DNA of 64,000 bases from assembly GCA_965215185.1 (NCBI GenBank), contig OZ244034.1:1984001-2048000 (forward strand). The letters run 5' to 3'. The notes below the pieces were generated by a model. That model ran no database searches and was not told the origin of the DNA. It was given only the letters and a program-made list of their open reading frames with translations. The first letter of the stretch is position 1, and the number at the start of each line of letters is the position of its first letter. This document shows, in pieces, positions 10,093 to 20,399 of the stretch. Source of the DNA: Acidimicrobiia bacterium. Its GTDB lineage: Bacteria; Actinomycetota; Acidimicrobiia; Spongiisociales; ZC4RG35. The translations under genes and the position numbers were made by a program.

Positions 10093-10327
10093 CGGAAGTC
10101 ATGGCCGGAAAGCTTTTTGCGGACGGATCAGTTACTTCTGGCGCCTACCTCGATCAACAGCCGGCAGTGGCCGACCTCCTCGTAGCCTCTCGCATGTTGT
10201 TAGAGAGGTGGAAAGCGGAACGATAGAGCTCCTCTACCAACCCCACCACATGGTCTTAGTCTTTGGTGATTTGCTTACCTAGCGCGATGTACCTCAGAGT
10301 GCCATAACAGCCCCTGCCCATCAAGGC

Positions 10328-11074
10328 CTAACTTCTGGCCCTCGGCCTTCCAGGCCTGTCTTGAACGGCGGCAGCCATGAAGTTGCGATACAAGCGCTTG
10401 GCGGCGACAGCGAAGCCCGCCATGTGGTAATCGGCTTCGGTGGCCAGAGCGTCGATGGCGTTGGGACCAAGGACCGACTCTAGAGCCTCGCGGTAGGCAT
10501 CGACTGCACCCCAGTTGCGGACCGTGCCCTTCTCCACTTCCAAGTGGTATTGCATCGACCAGGCCAGCGGCCCCACCCGCATGGCCTGCACCCGGCAGTC
10601 CGGGGAACTCGCCAGTACCACCGCGTCATCGGGTGGCTGAGCCACCCGCACCGAGTGCCACTGCAAGACAATCTGGCGCTCGCCCATCTTGTTGAAGATC
10701 GGGTCGGCCCTGCCCTCGGCCGTCAGATCCACCCCGAATACGCCGATCTCAGGCGGGAGCTGCGGGCCACAAGTACCGCCGAGGGCGTCCGCCAGCAGTT
10801 GGTGTCCCAGGCACAGACCCAAAAAGGGCCGTTCCATCTCACGCACCCAGCGCCGGATGGCCCTCTTCTCCTGCACCAGCCACGGGTGCTCGTCCACATC
10901 CCACACGTCCATCGGGCCGCCCATCACCCATAGGACGTCGTAGTCCTCCAGAGGTGGGATCGGCTCGCCCGCGTCGAGTGCCACCGCGGTCCACTCAATG
11001 CCGTCGGCCCGCAGGAAGTCGCGCAGGCGGCCGGGGTGTTCACAATCGATGTGCTGAAAGACGAGCAGTCGCAT
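10328..11074 (-). CDS. Type 1 glutamine amidotransferase (GMP synthase-like)
   Basis: MGGPMD, LGLCLGHQ (catalytic Cys), QWH and QYHLE motifs. Confidence 0.92.
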   Translation of the reverse strand: MRLLVFQHIDCEHPGRLRDFLRADGIEWTAVALDAGEPIPPLEDYDVLWVMGGPMDVWDVDEHPWLVQEKRAIRRWVREMERPFLGLCLGHQLLADALGGTCGPQLPPEIGVFGVDLTAEGRADPIFNKMGERQIVLQWHSVRVAQPPDDAVVLASSPDCRVQAMRVGPLAWSMQYHLEVEKGTVRNWGAVDAYREALESVLGPNAIDALATEADYHMAGFAVAAKRLYRNFMAAAVQDRPGRPRARS

Positions 11075-11548
11075 GTACCGACCTCCTACCGTATCTCAAC
11101 GCTATCTCTTGTTCAAGCTCCCCAGCACCGTTCAGCCGCCGTCAAGCCCTCTTCTCCTGCACCATCCGTACCACCTGGCTCTGGGGATTCCGGGTCGGGA
11201 TGGCAGAGAGGGCATCAAGCCACTCAATCAAACTCACTTAAGGCTTTCAGCAATTTCATGACGATGAGGTGTGGAATGTTAACCACCTCCCTTGATCTGC
11301 GCATTAGCTGGCGATGCCGTTCGGAAGGTCCACATCTAAACCGAGAGAACATCTTGCCTGCGGAGACCCTAATTTGTTGGATGTGGGGATCGGCCTGAAG
11401 ACCCAAAGGGAGAACTGACCCGTGGACAACCCGGCGGGCCTGTTCGACCAAAACCTCGACCGTTAGGAAACGGACCAGCAACGGGTCACCGACATCGAGC
11501 GCCACGAGGCGTTTTCTGACCGTGCGGTGGTGAAAGGACACCTTGGTT

Positions 11549-11637
11549 GGTGGGCTGTTGGCCACCACCTCTGACCTGGGGCTTAGATGGGGGTTCGGGG
11601 AGGACACCACAATTCTGAGAGGGGGGACACCACAATT
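11549..11637 (+). repeat. att-like repeat, copy 3
   Basis: GGTGG-GCTGTTGG-CCACC-ACCTCTGACCTG; GGACACCACAATT at 11602 and 11625. Confidence 0.88.
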
Positions 11638-11994
11638 GGAAAGCTGCTGAAACACCCACCCGTCCAAGGCTGATGTCACTTCCCTGCCTGAAGAACTCAG
11701 ACCTGCTATCGCAAGCAAGATTCTTTACCGCTGAAAGACTGGCATCCATGTGGGAGAGGGAAGCCCATCCTGACGGACAGTCGACTCTCGAAGAAGCCAG
11801 AACCTCCCACGCGAGTCGTCGGAACCGGAATTCCCCTTATCCTCCCCTGCGGAATCGGTACGTATTTTGTCAACACGAATACATTCACATCAAAGGGGAT
11901 CTTCTCTCGGGAACCTCCTCGAACCCCAAACCCGGTGAACGATCAGGGCCGACCAAGGGTATCGTCGAATCGATGAACTGCTAAACGACCCAAC

Positions 11995-12564
11995 ATGAAC
12001 GGACAACCCATATCTATCTTGTTGCTAGGGCTTGTCGTGTGCGTATCCTGTTCAACAGCACAAGATGTCATCTCAAATACCATCTCGGAAGACATCAAAG
12101 TAGCTCCTTCCGAAAAAGCCGCCGCAAAAGGTGCCTGCAGCAGCAAGGGTGCTCGGGAACTGGTCGAAGAGTTCCTCTCCGCTTACTCCACGGGTTCGAG
12201 TAGCGCCAGTCTAACCGACCGTTTCTTTGCGCCTGATGATCGATTCCAGTGGTTCTACGATGCCCTGACTCGCCACGGTGAAGAGGCCACGGATCGTTCG
12301 AGCCTCGACTCATACTTCGCGCAACAACACGCGAGTGGAGACAATCTGCGGCTTGTGAGCTTCTCCTACGGATATCGTGATGAGGACAACACAGGCCACT
12401 TTGGGATGGTGCTCTCCCGCAATGAGCTAGTTCTTAATGGGAAGGGTGCCATTGACTGCGATTCGGGCAAGATCATGGTCTGGGCCACCGATCCTGCATC
12501 GTCGACTTCAAAAACGCAAGAGTCCATGGCAATTGGTGGTCGTGGTCAGTCGGTGGGATATTAG
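11995..12564 (+). CDS. Hypothetical secreted protein/lipoprotein
   Basis: Signal peptide with a VSC lipobox-like Cys; stop codon lies inside the core of repeat copy 4. Confidence 0.6.
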   Translation: MNGQPISILLLGLVVCVSCSTAQDVISNTISEDIKVAPSEKAAAKGACSSKGARELVEEFLSAYSTGSSSASLTDRFFAPDDRFQWFYDALTRHGEEATDRSSLDSYFAQQHASGDNLRLVSFSYGYRDEDNTGHFGMVLSRNELVLNGKGAIDCDSGKIMVWATDPASSTSKTQESMAIGGRGQSVGY

Positions 12565-12664
12565 CCACCACCCCTTAGCAATAGTGGTGGGTGTTGGCCA
12601 CCACCCCTTAGTGGGGAGGGGGTTCGGTTTCGGTGGGAGTATCACCACGATCACTCCCCACTAA
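12552..12664 (+). repeat. Tandem truncated att-like cores (copies 4 and 5) plus an 11-bp inverted repeat
   Basis: GGTGG-GATATTAG-CCACCACCCCTTAG and GGTGG-GTGTTGG-CCACCACCCCTTAG; TTAGTGGGGAG (12608) / CTCCCCACTAA (12654). Confidence 0.75.
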
Positions 12665-12835
12665 TCTCCCATGAGCCGCCAAAACCTCTCGGTCGCGCTT
12701 GTTTGCGACCCGCGCGCTCTTGCAGTTGGATTGACAGGATCGAGACGCGGTACTCGTCGATGTGTACACAGGTGGCCGATCTCACGCTACTTGGCGAATG
12801 ATTCAGTGCGGAGGTACTGAGGTGAGGAGCGGCTG

Positions 12836-13397
12836 CTACGATGTGGAAGTCGTTACGGTAACGCCAGTCTCGGCGGGCGTGGTCGGCTCCCACCCTGCAC
12901 CGCTCCACCTGAAGAGGAACGTGGTTGCTTTCCCGATACCGAAACCCTCTTCTATCCAGATGTCGATAGCTGCTACATCGTCCGCTGGGAGGTGAGTGCG
13001 CATCACGTCAAAGAAAGTCGCACCGTGGGCATAGGTGCCATCAGGCCCAGTCGCATCCTGGAGTTCTTGGTATGAGAGAAACTTGACCATCCGTTCCAAA
13101 CGCATCCTCCAGCGCGCCCCTCAGGTCGGCGCCCGCATGTAGGTAGGCGTACACGGGCCTCGCGTCACAGGACAGCGACAAACAGGCGGCAGACAAAGCG
13201 CGGGCCTGGATCTCAATTCTTGTCGCTGGGGACAGGTCCGGGTTACTGATGTCCTCACTACCATGTCCGCACGAGAGAGCAAGGATGCTCAGGGCGATGG
13301 CGACGGCGTGTACGGGACTGACCCTGGTGTTACCAGCCCTCATAGTCCCCCAAGAGCCTCCTGTGGATAAAGTCCTCAGCCGGTACCCGCGACTCAA
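12836..13397 (-). pseudogene. Hypothetical lipoprotein split by a frameshift
   Basis: ORF 13041..13397 (LALSC lipobox) overlaps ORF 12836..13105 in another frame. Confidence 0.5.
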
Positions 13398-13480
13398 ACG
13401 CCTGCTCTAAAAGCACCTTGACTTCCTCCGACCAATCCCCATCTGGTCCCCATCTGGTCCCCATTCGGCACCTCGTTGAA

Positions 13481-13864
13481 TCAGGCGCCCAACTTCCTGG
13501 GCAAACAGATCGGGCGGCCACCGGAGCGTGTAATGCTGGTTCTCCGCAAAGTAGGACATGGATTGCCTCGGATGGTATATCTGTAGGGTTTCGAAACTAA
13601 CGACACAACTGGCCCGCTTGCACGAAACCCACCGTTAACACTGATGACGATCAGTGAAAATCCCCAAGGGGAGAGTGGAACCCTGAGAAATCGCCCAGCA
13701 CGTAGCGTCTTTGCGTGGCTCGATATGTCATAAAAGAACTCGCCGGCCCACTCATGCGCCCCGGCGTGCATCCAACTTGGGATGCCCTCGCAAAGCGTCT
13801 CATATTCCCGGATAGCATCCTTGTCGGCCCGTACAGAAAGCGGATATCTCGACACCTCGGACAC
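13481..13864 (-). pseudogene. Hypothetical protein fragment
   Basis: Protein-like N-terminus (YETLCEGIPSWM) that degenerates downstream. Confidence 0.35.
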
Positions 13865-13875
13865 GACGCCGAGTC

Positions 13876-13964
13876 TATGGGCAGTTTAGCCACCACCCCT
13901 GACCTGCGGTTCTGTAGGGGGTTTCAGAAGCGTGTCACACTTTAACAGGGAGCGTGTCACACTT
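13876..13964 (+). repeat. att-like repeat, copy 6 (arm AGCGTGTCACACTT x2)
   Basis: TATGG-GCAGTTTAG-CCACCACCCCTGACCTG; AGCGTGTCACACTT at 13929 and 13951. Confidence 0.85.
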
Positions 13965-14149
13965 CGGGACCCACAATAGCCCCATTTACCCCCGAATTGG
14001 ACGACTTGGCGGATCCACGGCACGACGCCCCGCAGAGATCGGGGGTTCACCAGAGCCGCCAAAGCGCGAGGGCGCCACCCCCGAACCTGATCTGAACGGA
14101 ACAGGCACTGCCTGTATCGCCGAGGAAAGCCCTTCCATCAGCAGCTTGG

Positions 14150-14586
14150 AGAGAGCCCTGCCCAGCAACGGGCATTTGCCTCAGCAGGTGGGGAATTTCG
14201 ATGATCGTCATCAGCATCTAGTGGCAGTTGAGACCTGGGGCGAAGAAGGCTGTTTCGAGTTCGCCCACTTCACAGACAAGGAACTGGCACTGGCCATCCG
14301 TCGAATAGCACACGAGCGAAAGCAGACAGTCCCACCACAGGAGCAGATCGAGAAAGCTCTTACAACTCACCGCAAGAACAAACAAGACATCGGGAAGGTG
14401 TGGAATAACTGGGAGTGGCAACCATCTAAGGTCAAACTAGCGAAGGAAACCTGGCCCATCCTTCTTCGCAACCTCGCCGAACAGGATCACATGGAGATTC
14501 CTATAGGCAGGACCATCCAAACCATTGTTGACCTTGTTGGCCCAACCAAGCGAGCCACCCACATGAGAACCAACGACACAACCTGA
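14150..14586 (+). pseudogene. C-terminal fragment of a hypothetical protein
   Basis: Protein-like stretch VETWGEEGCFEFAHFTDKELA...SKVKLAKETWP with no credible start. Confidence 0.4.
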
Positions 14587-14896
14587 CCCGCTTTGTCCCT
14601 TCGACTGAACGGTCTGTGAAGAACAGCAGAATGGGTGTTACACCTAGGCCGTTTCTACAAGCACCGTCCGATCATTTGCACCCGCGGGTATCGTGGAACA
14701 TCCATGGATTCCACTCCAGTTGCCATTCCCCCATCCCAAGAGATCCCTGACTTTGGAGGAGGTGCTGATTCGCTCCGAACAGGGCAAACAGCGCCTGGTC
14801 GCGGCGGGAATGTCGACTACTCCGAAGATCGAACGGAGACTTGCGTGGAAACGCTCCCGAGGGATTGACACCACAGTGGAAGAACGACTCTGCACC

Positions 14897-14975
14897 AGGT
14901 TCAAGGGGTCGTCGCAACACTGTTTTGCTGGGTGGAATGTAGGAGTTCGTCGAGGGATTCGGCCATAGGAGCATC
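14897..14975 (-). mobile_element. IS30-family transposase C-terminus/end remnant
   Basis: AESLDELLHSTQQNSVATTP* resembles actinobacterial IS30 C-termini. Confidence 0.55.
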
Positions 14976-15200
14976 AACGGCCCGGCCGTGAAATCGATCG
15001 CCACAACTGGTTCGCAGCCCGGCCCCATCTCGCGCACGTGCGCACCCGCCACTGTGCCCCGCACACCGACGGTGTCGTCGAGCGCTGGTTCGAGTTGCTG
15101 AAATGCGAGCGCCTCTACCGCTGCGATATCGCCAACGGGATCGGCCTCGCCGCACACGTCGCCGCATTCATCGACGGATGCAAACTACCGACCGCGCACC
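14976..15200 (+). mobile_element. IS3/IS481-type integrase-core remnant
   Basis: Translates WFAARPHLAHVRTRHCAPHTDGVVERWFELLKCERLY, a decayed PxxNGxxER..LKxE motif. Confidence 0.7.
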
Positions 15201-15249
15201 CTCTGTGAGCCGGCGTCCACTTCAAGAAACAGTTCAGCGATCCGCGAGG

Positions 15250-15804
15250 TTAGGTCCACGGCAGCCACCAGTCGGGGGTGCCTTTGTCCAATATCCTGTG
15301 ATGGAAGTAGACCCGATGGTGGGCACAGGTAGATGGCGCGTTTTTCATGGCCCGATCCCAGAAAAACGACCCGAGTATTCCGGTGTCGGAAAACAACACC
15401 CAGTCCTCGTCGAGGCTGTGGTTCCACACCCATTCTGGGACAGCTATGTTGTGCCGATCAGCGAGCGCATGAACCACCGTAGCGATAGAAGGCAACAGGT
15501 AAAGGTCGGACCCTTCATAGGAAGGAGACTTCTCGATCGTGTCCGCTTTAGCGGGTGAGCTGTTCCAGTCGGCTACGAATTGCAGCAAGGGGGCGCGATA
15601 GGCTTCGAACAGCGTCTCTCCCACCATGTGCTGCGGCAAGTCAGCGGCGGCGAGGCGGCGCACCCGAAAAGAAGGCTTGCGCCTAATGGGCGCCTCGGAT
15701 GTAGGGCGGATGGGAAAGTTCAACTCGCTAGGCATAATCTGTTCCTCCCAACCCCAGTTTAACGGGAACCCAATATGGGACACCGGGGGGATATCCCTGT
15801 TCAA
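15250..15804 (-). CDS. Hypothetical protein (antitoxin-like)
   Basis: 184-aa ORF; IATVVHALADRHNIAVPEWV pattern resembles partners of nucleotidyltransferase toxins. Confidence 0.5.
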   Translation of the reverse strand: MNRDIPPVSHIGFPLNWGWEEQIMPSELNFPIRPTSEAPIRRKPSFRVRRLAAADLPQHMVGETLFEAYRAPLLQFVADWNSSPAKADTIEKSPSYEGSDLYLLPSIATVVHALADRHNIAVPEWVWNHSLDEDWVLFSDTGILGSFFWDRAMKNAPSTCAHHRVYFHHRILDKGTPDWWLPWT

Positions 15805-16045
15805 CCTCTCTTATGCGCTACTTTCAATCCGGAGTGTTTCATGGATCCCCTGGCCCAGAAACCCACATTCTTGACTTTCAGGTCCTCCACTGCAACCCGC
15901 CTGATGGTCTCCTCCGTTGCCTAGCTTCAAATGATAAATCTCCTGAGGCAGGTTTCGCCATTCCGTAGGCCGGATGCGCTCCCGCTGTGAGGGGTGTTTA
16001 CAAGCCACGCCGCGACCGAGTCACCGACCGGAGAGAAAGTTGGGC

Positions 16046-16321
16046 TTAGGGAAGGGCCCGGATGATGAACGACGCCATCTGCGCCCGGGTAACCGACTGG
16101 TCCGGGCAGTACAGGAGCGGCTGGGCGGAGCATCCCTTGGTCACTCTCACCCGGTAGAGGCCTTCCACCACCGACCAGTCGGCGTTGTTCACGTCGTCGA
16201 ACAGTCCCTGTGGACTGTCAATGGGGGTGATGTGTTCGAACATGCGGGTCAGCCACCGGGCCATCTCCAACCGGGTCAAAGGGTCGTTGGGACGCCACAC
16301 GGCGCTGGCGCGAAAATACAC
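16046..16321 (-). pseudogene. S-layer homology (SLH) domain fragment
   Basis: PNDPLTRLEMA and VTKGC...YCPDQSVTRAQMASF motifs. Confidence 0.75.
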
Positions 16322-16435
16322 AAGCGCAGGTCACGGGGTTGCCGCCGAAGGGCTTTAACACGGTTTAAGTCCAAAAGTGACACGGTCGTATTTCCCTTAC
16401 ACACCGAACCCAGTTCCCGCCGTGAGGTTGAGGCC

Positions 16436-16813
16436 CTATGCCAATTGGTAGTAGAGGTGCTTCCCCACCAGGTCCGTCAACTGCTCCTCGTCTAGTTGGT
16501 GGGAGGCGTAACCCAGCATCATCCAGGCCGCTACGTCTGTGTCGCAAGCCAAGACCCATCCATTGAGTATTGCGAAGAGGTTGGCTGTCCCCCAGCCAGT
16601 CGGGCGATGTCCTTCGTGTCTTGTTCCCGTCTGGATCTGCACGACGCTCGCCGCGTAGAACCTGATGTGTTTTGGTCTAAAGATCGCCTGATCCAGGAGC
16701 CCCTCGCTACGCAACCCGAAGCGGCCACCATGCATCTCTATCGCCCGGTCATGGATATCCAGGACATCCTCAACAGGGACCCAGATCGGATCCTCTCCCT
16801 CCACTTTCTTCAC
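16436..16813 (-). pseudogene. Doc (death-on-curing) toxin, catalytic motif lost
   Basis: DVLDIHDRAIEMHGG..GLRSEGLLDQAIFRP N-terminus and FAILNG; no HPFxDGNKR motif. Confidence 0.7.
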
Positions 16814-16827
16814 CTTATTCGACGGGA

Positions 16828-17001
16828 TCAGGCATCAGCGAGGATCTGGAGCAACTCGCCATCCCTCTCGAAGATCATGTCGATAGCGCCCTGCCGCTCC
16901 TCTTTGGTCAGAGGCTTCTCCCGTAGCCGCAGGCGGTTCTCCACCCGGTACCGTCGCTCTTCCTCCGGTGTCCTTCCGTTGGGATTCAGGTTGTCGTCCA
17001 T
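16828..17001 (-). CDS. Putative antitoxin upstream of doc
   Basis: 57 aa ending IFERDGELLQILADA, directly upstream of the Doc gene. Confidence 0.55.
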   Translation of the reverse strand: MDDNLNPNGRTPEEERRYRVENRLRLREKPLTKEERQGAIDMIFERDGELLQILADA

Positions 17002-17089
17002 GGCATGCTCGATGGTGGCTAACGGGTATACACCTAATATCCTACGCCCGCTGCCGATCGCAGACAGGGCGTTTGCCGGTGTCCACACC

Positions 17090-18011
17090 CATTTGAATCA
17101 AAGCGTACGCGTAGTACAACCTGACCCTCGGGGTGCTCCCACCGAAATATGTTCCCCACGGCAGAGCCATTCCCGCCCAAAACGACAACGCTCTCAACGG
17201 CCTCAACGCCCTCGAAAACTTCCCCAACCTCAAAGAAATCATCGCCGACATAGGATACACCATCTACGGAGAAGCCTTTGTGCGGCCTCTCCACCAAATG
17301 GGCATCAACGTGGTCATGGACTACAAGGAAGCCCACCAAAAGAAAATCAAGACAGTCACGATAGGACCCGAGGACAACGAACAGATACTGCTGCTCCACT
17401 GCGGCACCTTCCTCGTAGAGTGAACACCCGAACGCTTCTGGATACCACCCCAAGACCTGACCGGCGAAAAACTAGCCGAATGGTACGCCAAACGGGCCAA
17501 ACACCGATGGACACCCATCGGCAAACCCGACAAGAACGGTGCTATCCGATTCCGCTGCCCACAATGCGACGGCAGAGTCAAAACCAACGCCAAAACCCGC
17601 ATCCGCAGCAAAAGATCCCAACGCAAAGCACCCTACGCCACCACCATCGACCAGGAATACTGCTGCAAAGGCACCCTAACCATCCCCGTCGAAGAACTCG
17701 ACACCTACCAGCACATCCCCTTCGGCACTCCCGCCTGGAAAACACGGTACGGCGGACGAATGCAAATCGAGAACCTCAACAGCCTCGTAAAAAACGACCG
17801 CGGTCTCAAAGACGGCTGGTGCCGGGCACTCCGACAAGCCGCCCACAACTTCGGACTCCTCGCTCTGCTAATCGCTCACAACCTACGCCAACCCAACAAC
17901 TTCGACAACGACGACGAACCACACAGCGAGCAGCCACCCACCCCCAGGGCATGTCTTTCCAGAACACCAGATGTCGCTAACGGGTTAACAACCCGAGGCC
18001 CACCCCCCTAA
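17090..18011 (+). mobile_element. DDE transposase remnant (IS4 superfamily/IS1182-like), 5'-truncated with an internal stop
   Basis: IIADIGY, CPQC and YGGRMQIE (YREK-like) motifs, AHNLR; TGA at 17421-17423 joins two same-frame ORFs. Confidence 0.75.
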
Positions 18012-18198
18012 CACACCCCCGGGGCGATTAGAACCGACAGCAACCAACCCTGCTGTCAGCTTTAGCGCGCCCGGAAAACCAAAACCCGGCACCTAACCTG
18101 TCCCAAACCCTCTTCGGATAGCTCACCCCACCTCCAAAAACGGGCACCACCCCAAAACCGCCTAAAACCGCCCCCACCAGCTAAATCGCCAACGAATT
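17975..18198 (+). repeat. Transposase 3' end region, copy 1
   Basis: Homologous to 31625-31857; ends CTAAATCGCCAACGAATT. Confidence 0.8.
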
Positions 18199-18268
18199 CG
18201 TCATTCGCCTCAGGAGATCCATGGCGCGTTGGGCCTTCCTTGTTATAAGATCCAGGTAGGCTAGGACA

Positions 18269-18632
18269 TCATTTCCGGGCATAGAGTTGCATCTTTTGAT
18301 CATCCACTGCCCGTTTGAAGTATTCGTTGTCAACGCAACCATAGGTTCCAATATCGATCCGCGCTCGCCCTTCCTTTGACGTCAGATAGTCCACGAATAT
18401 ATCTTCTAGGGCTACGGTCAGAGCGCGGTAATTGACTGGATATACGGCGCCCTCCCCCTTGGTTGGTATCCCACGAAGGTAGTGTTCCGGCGGCCCATCG
18501 TAATGGTTTCTGGCTTCTGGCGTGAAGTCAACCATGAAATCAAGGTCGGACTCTCCAGGTCGGTAATCATCGGTCACTGCCGAACCGTACAGGTAGAGGC
18601 ATTCCACGCGATATTGTTGACATGCCGCCTCG
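18269..18632 (-). pseudogene. Minimal nucleotidyltransferase (MNT) antitoxin-like gene
   Basis: ACQQYRVECLYLYGSAVTDDYRPGESDLDF (GS...DxD); in-frame TAG just upstream. Confidence 0.7.
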
Positions 18633-18668
18633 GGCTAACCGCGGTCCAAAGTAGGGTAGTGGTTCAGT

Positions 18669-19112
18669 TTGACCCTCCGACCTGCGGATTCGCCCTTCAA
18701 ACTGAACCACTACCCATTGTTGGAACAGCCCATGCCCGAGTATCGCGAACCCGCCGACACGCCTCTCCCAGATCGAATACCCCCGGTGTTTTGGTGGATG
18801 TTCTGGTCCGGGCCAGACCCGATGTTTCTTCGTTTGCCGGAGCACGCTTGGTATATGGCCTCTCGGATGCTATCTCCGAAAGGCTCCCGCCGACACCTCC
18901 CGGCAGAGACTTGGGCGTTGGAACACCTACCTGACTGGGCGATGGACCGCTTGTTGGGTTCCCGGGGGTACGACGATACGCCCACCGAGGAGCGTATGGA
19001 ACTGAGACTCTCCCATCCCGATGCCGGATCAGTCGTTTTGGATTTGCAACTGAGGGTTCTCGACGCTGGCTGTTTGCCTGTAGGTGGTGGTGGAATACCC
19101 GGGAGGATGTGA
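18669..19112 (+). CDS. Hypothetical protein
   Basis: Trp/Pro-rich IPPVFWWMFWSGPDP segment; the 3' end runs into a transposon-like end. Confidence 0.45.
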   Translation: MTLRPADSPFKLNHYPLLEQPMPEYREPADTPLPDRIPPVFWWMFWSGPDPMFLRLPEHAWYMASRMLSPKGSRRHLPAETWALEHLPDWAMDRLLGSRGYDDTPTEERMELRLSHPDAGSVVLDLQLRVLDAGCLPVGGGGIPGRM

Positions 19113-19145
19113 CGGATTGTCCGGGTGGATGTGGTGGAATACCCG
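19079..19145 (+). mobile_element. Tn7/Mu-like transposon end
   Basis: 5'-TGT at 19079, then GTGGTGGAATACCCG at 19087 and 19131 and a 10/15 match at 19109 (22-bp period). Confidence 0.55.
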
Positions 19146-19772
19146 CGAATGTGTGATGGCGGCCCTCCGGGGAGGTGCGGGAAGGCCTGCGGTTGGGTGT
19201 CGGCGGGGAGTGGGTGGGTGTGCTGGTTTGTTGTTTTTCGAGGGTTTTATGTTGCGTTTCCCTTCTGTCCAAGACGTTGCAATGCGCAGATGGGTTTCTG
19301 TTTTGGAGGGCCGTGTGTTCCTTCATTGTATGTGTATCGTATTTTGTGCACGTTGTGTTTATGAGGGGCGGGTGGGTTATGGTGACGGTGTCCCCGTGGC
19401 GTACGGGCTGATTGCCTGTCTTGAAGGTGCGTGCTGGCTGCTTGGGTTGGTCCCCATCCTTTATTGGCTTATCACCAAAGGCAGAGCTTTACTACCTTCT
19501 ATTGATAACTACCGGTACTTGGGCCTAATCCTCTATATCGGTGCCATCTGCTTGGGTTTCCTCCGCTATCAACTAAAAAAGCCTACCGCAATAGCCGCAT
19601 CCTCCGATTCTCACGACCCGCCCCCAACCGAGGATGACGCCAGGCCCGTGGCGGAGGCCATCAACGATCCACCACCGCGCCAACAGGAGAGCGGCGGCCG
19701 AGGGGGTGACACAAAAGCAAGGAGATGGATGTTGGTCGCGGCGGCGCGCAGCGCCTCGCTAGGATCGGTCGC

Positions 19773-20138
19773 ATGACATCGACGCGGGCTAGCAAGGCAG
19801 CCACGGCTTCGCAAGCGGGACTGGAAGAAGCCATCAGAGAAGCGCAGGGCCGCCTCGACGAGTTTTACCCTGCCGATTGGGACTACTACGAGGAGTTGGT
19901 GGCGAAGAACCCGCCCAGCGGCAGGATCACCGTGCCACACAAGATCACGGGGACACTCGTACCCGTTGATCTGCTAACCATTACACCCGACGAGATCGTC
20001 GAACAGTGCGGTATCCCCGATCACATGCGGGAAAGGTCATTACAGGGTTATCGCTTGATACTGCAAGCGCGGTTGCCATATTGGGATCAGAACCTTCTTC
20101 CTAGCACTATCCCTCTATTGGAAGACAGCAACGTCTAG
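19773..20138 (+). CDS. Hypothetical protein
   Basis: 121-aa ORF ending just before repeat copy 7. Confidence 0.45.
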   Translation: MTSTRASKAATASQAGLEEAIREAQGRLDEFYPADWDYYEELVAKNPPSGRITVPHKITGTLVPVDLLTITPDEIVEQCGIPDHMRERSLQGYRLILQARLPYWDQNLLPSTIPLLEDSNV

Positions 20139-20158
20139 GCACCAATAGGAACCAGAGT

Positions 20159-20225
20159 TGTGGGCAGTTTGCCACCGCCCCTGACCTGGGCGTTAACGGG
20201 AGGTTCCAGGAGCGTGTCACACTTT
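20159..20225 (+). repeat. att-like repeat, copy 7
   Basis: TGTGG-GCAGTTTG-CCACCGCCCCTGACCTG...AGCGTGTCACACTTT (single arm). Confidence 0.82.
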
Positions 20226-20399
20226 CTGACCCCGAGCAGTGGCGGTCGACAGCCACGGGAAAGACATCCGGCGCATGCGGGCGCCGCTATGCCCAACCGA
20301 AAACCGAGCTTAGACTTGAGATCCATGCCAGGTTCGGTACAGCATCCAAATGGGAGGCAGCGGGCACCCCTCGACCCCGCCTTTTTCGTTCCATTCCAA

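Noticed and set aside
11100-11990. ORFs 11224..11718, 11673..11984 and neighbours
   Set aside because: They cross repeat copy 3 or lack recognisable motifs; likely decayed sequence.
13437-13464. CCCCATCTGGT x2.5 tandem repeat
   Set aside because: Short duplication in decayed DNA.
17421-17423. In-frame TGA in the transposase as selenocysteine
   Set aside because: No redox motif or SECIS; the gene is already truncated, so a nonsense mutation is more likely.
16496-17980. 494-aa ORF on the + strand
   Set aside because: Antisense to doc/antitoxin and off-frame to the transposase; low-complexity translation.
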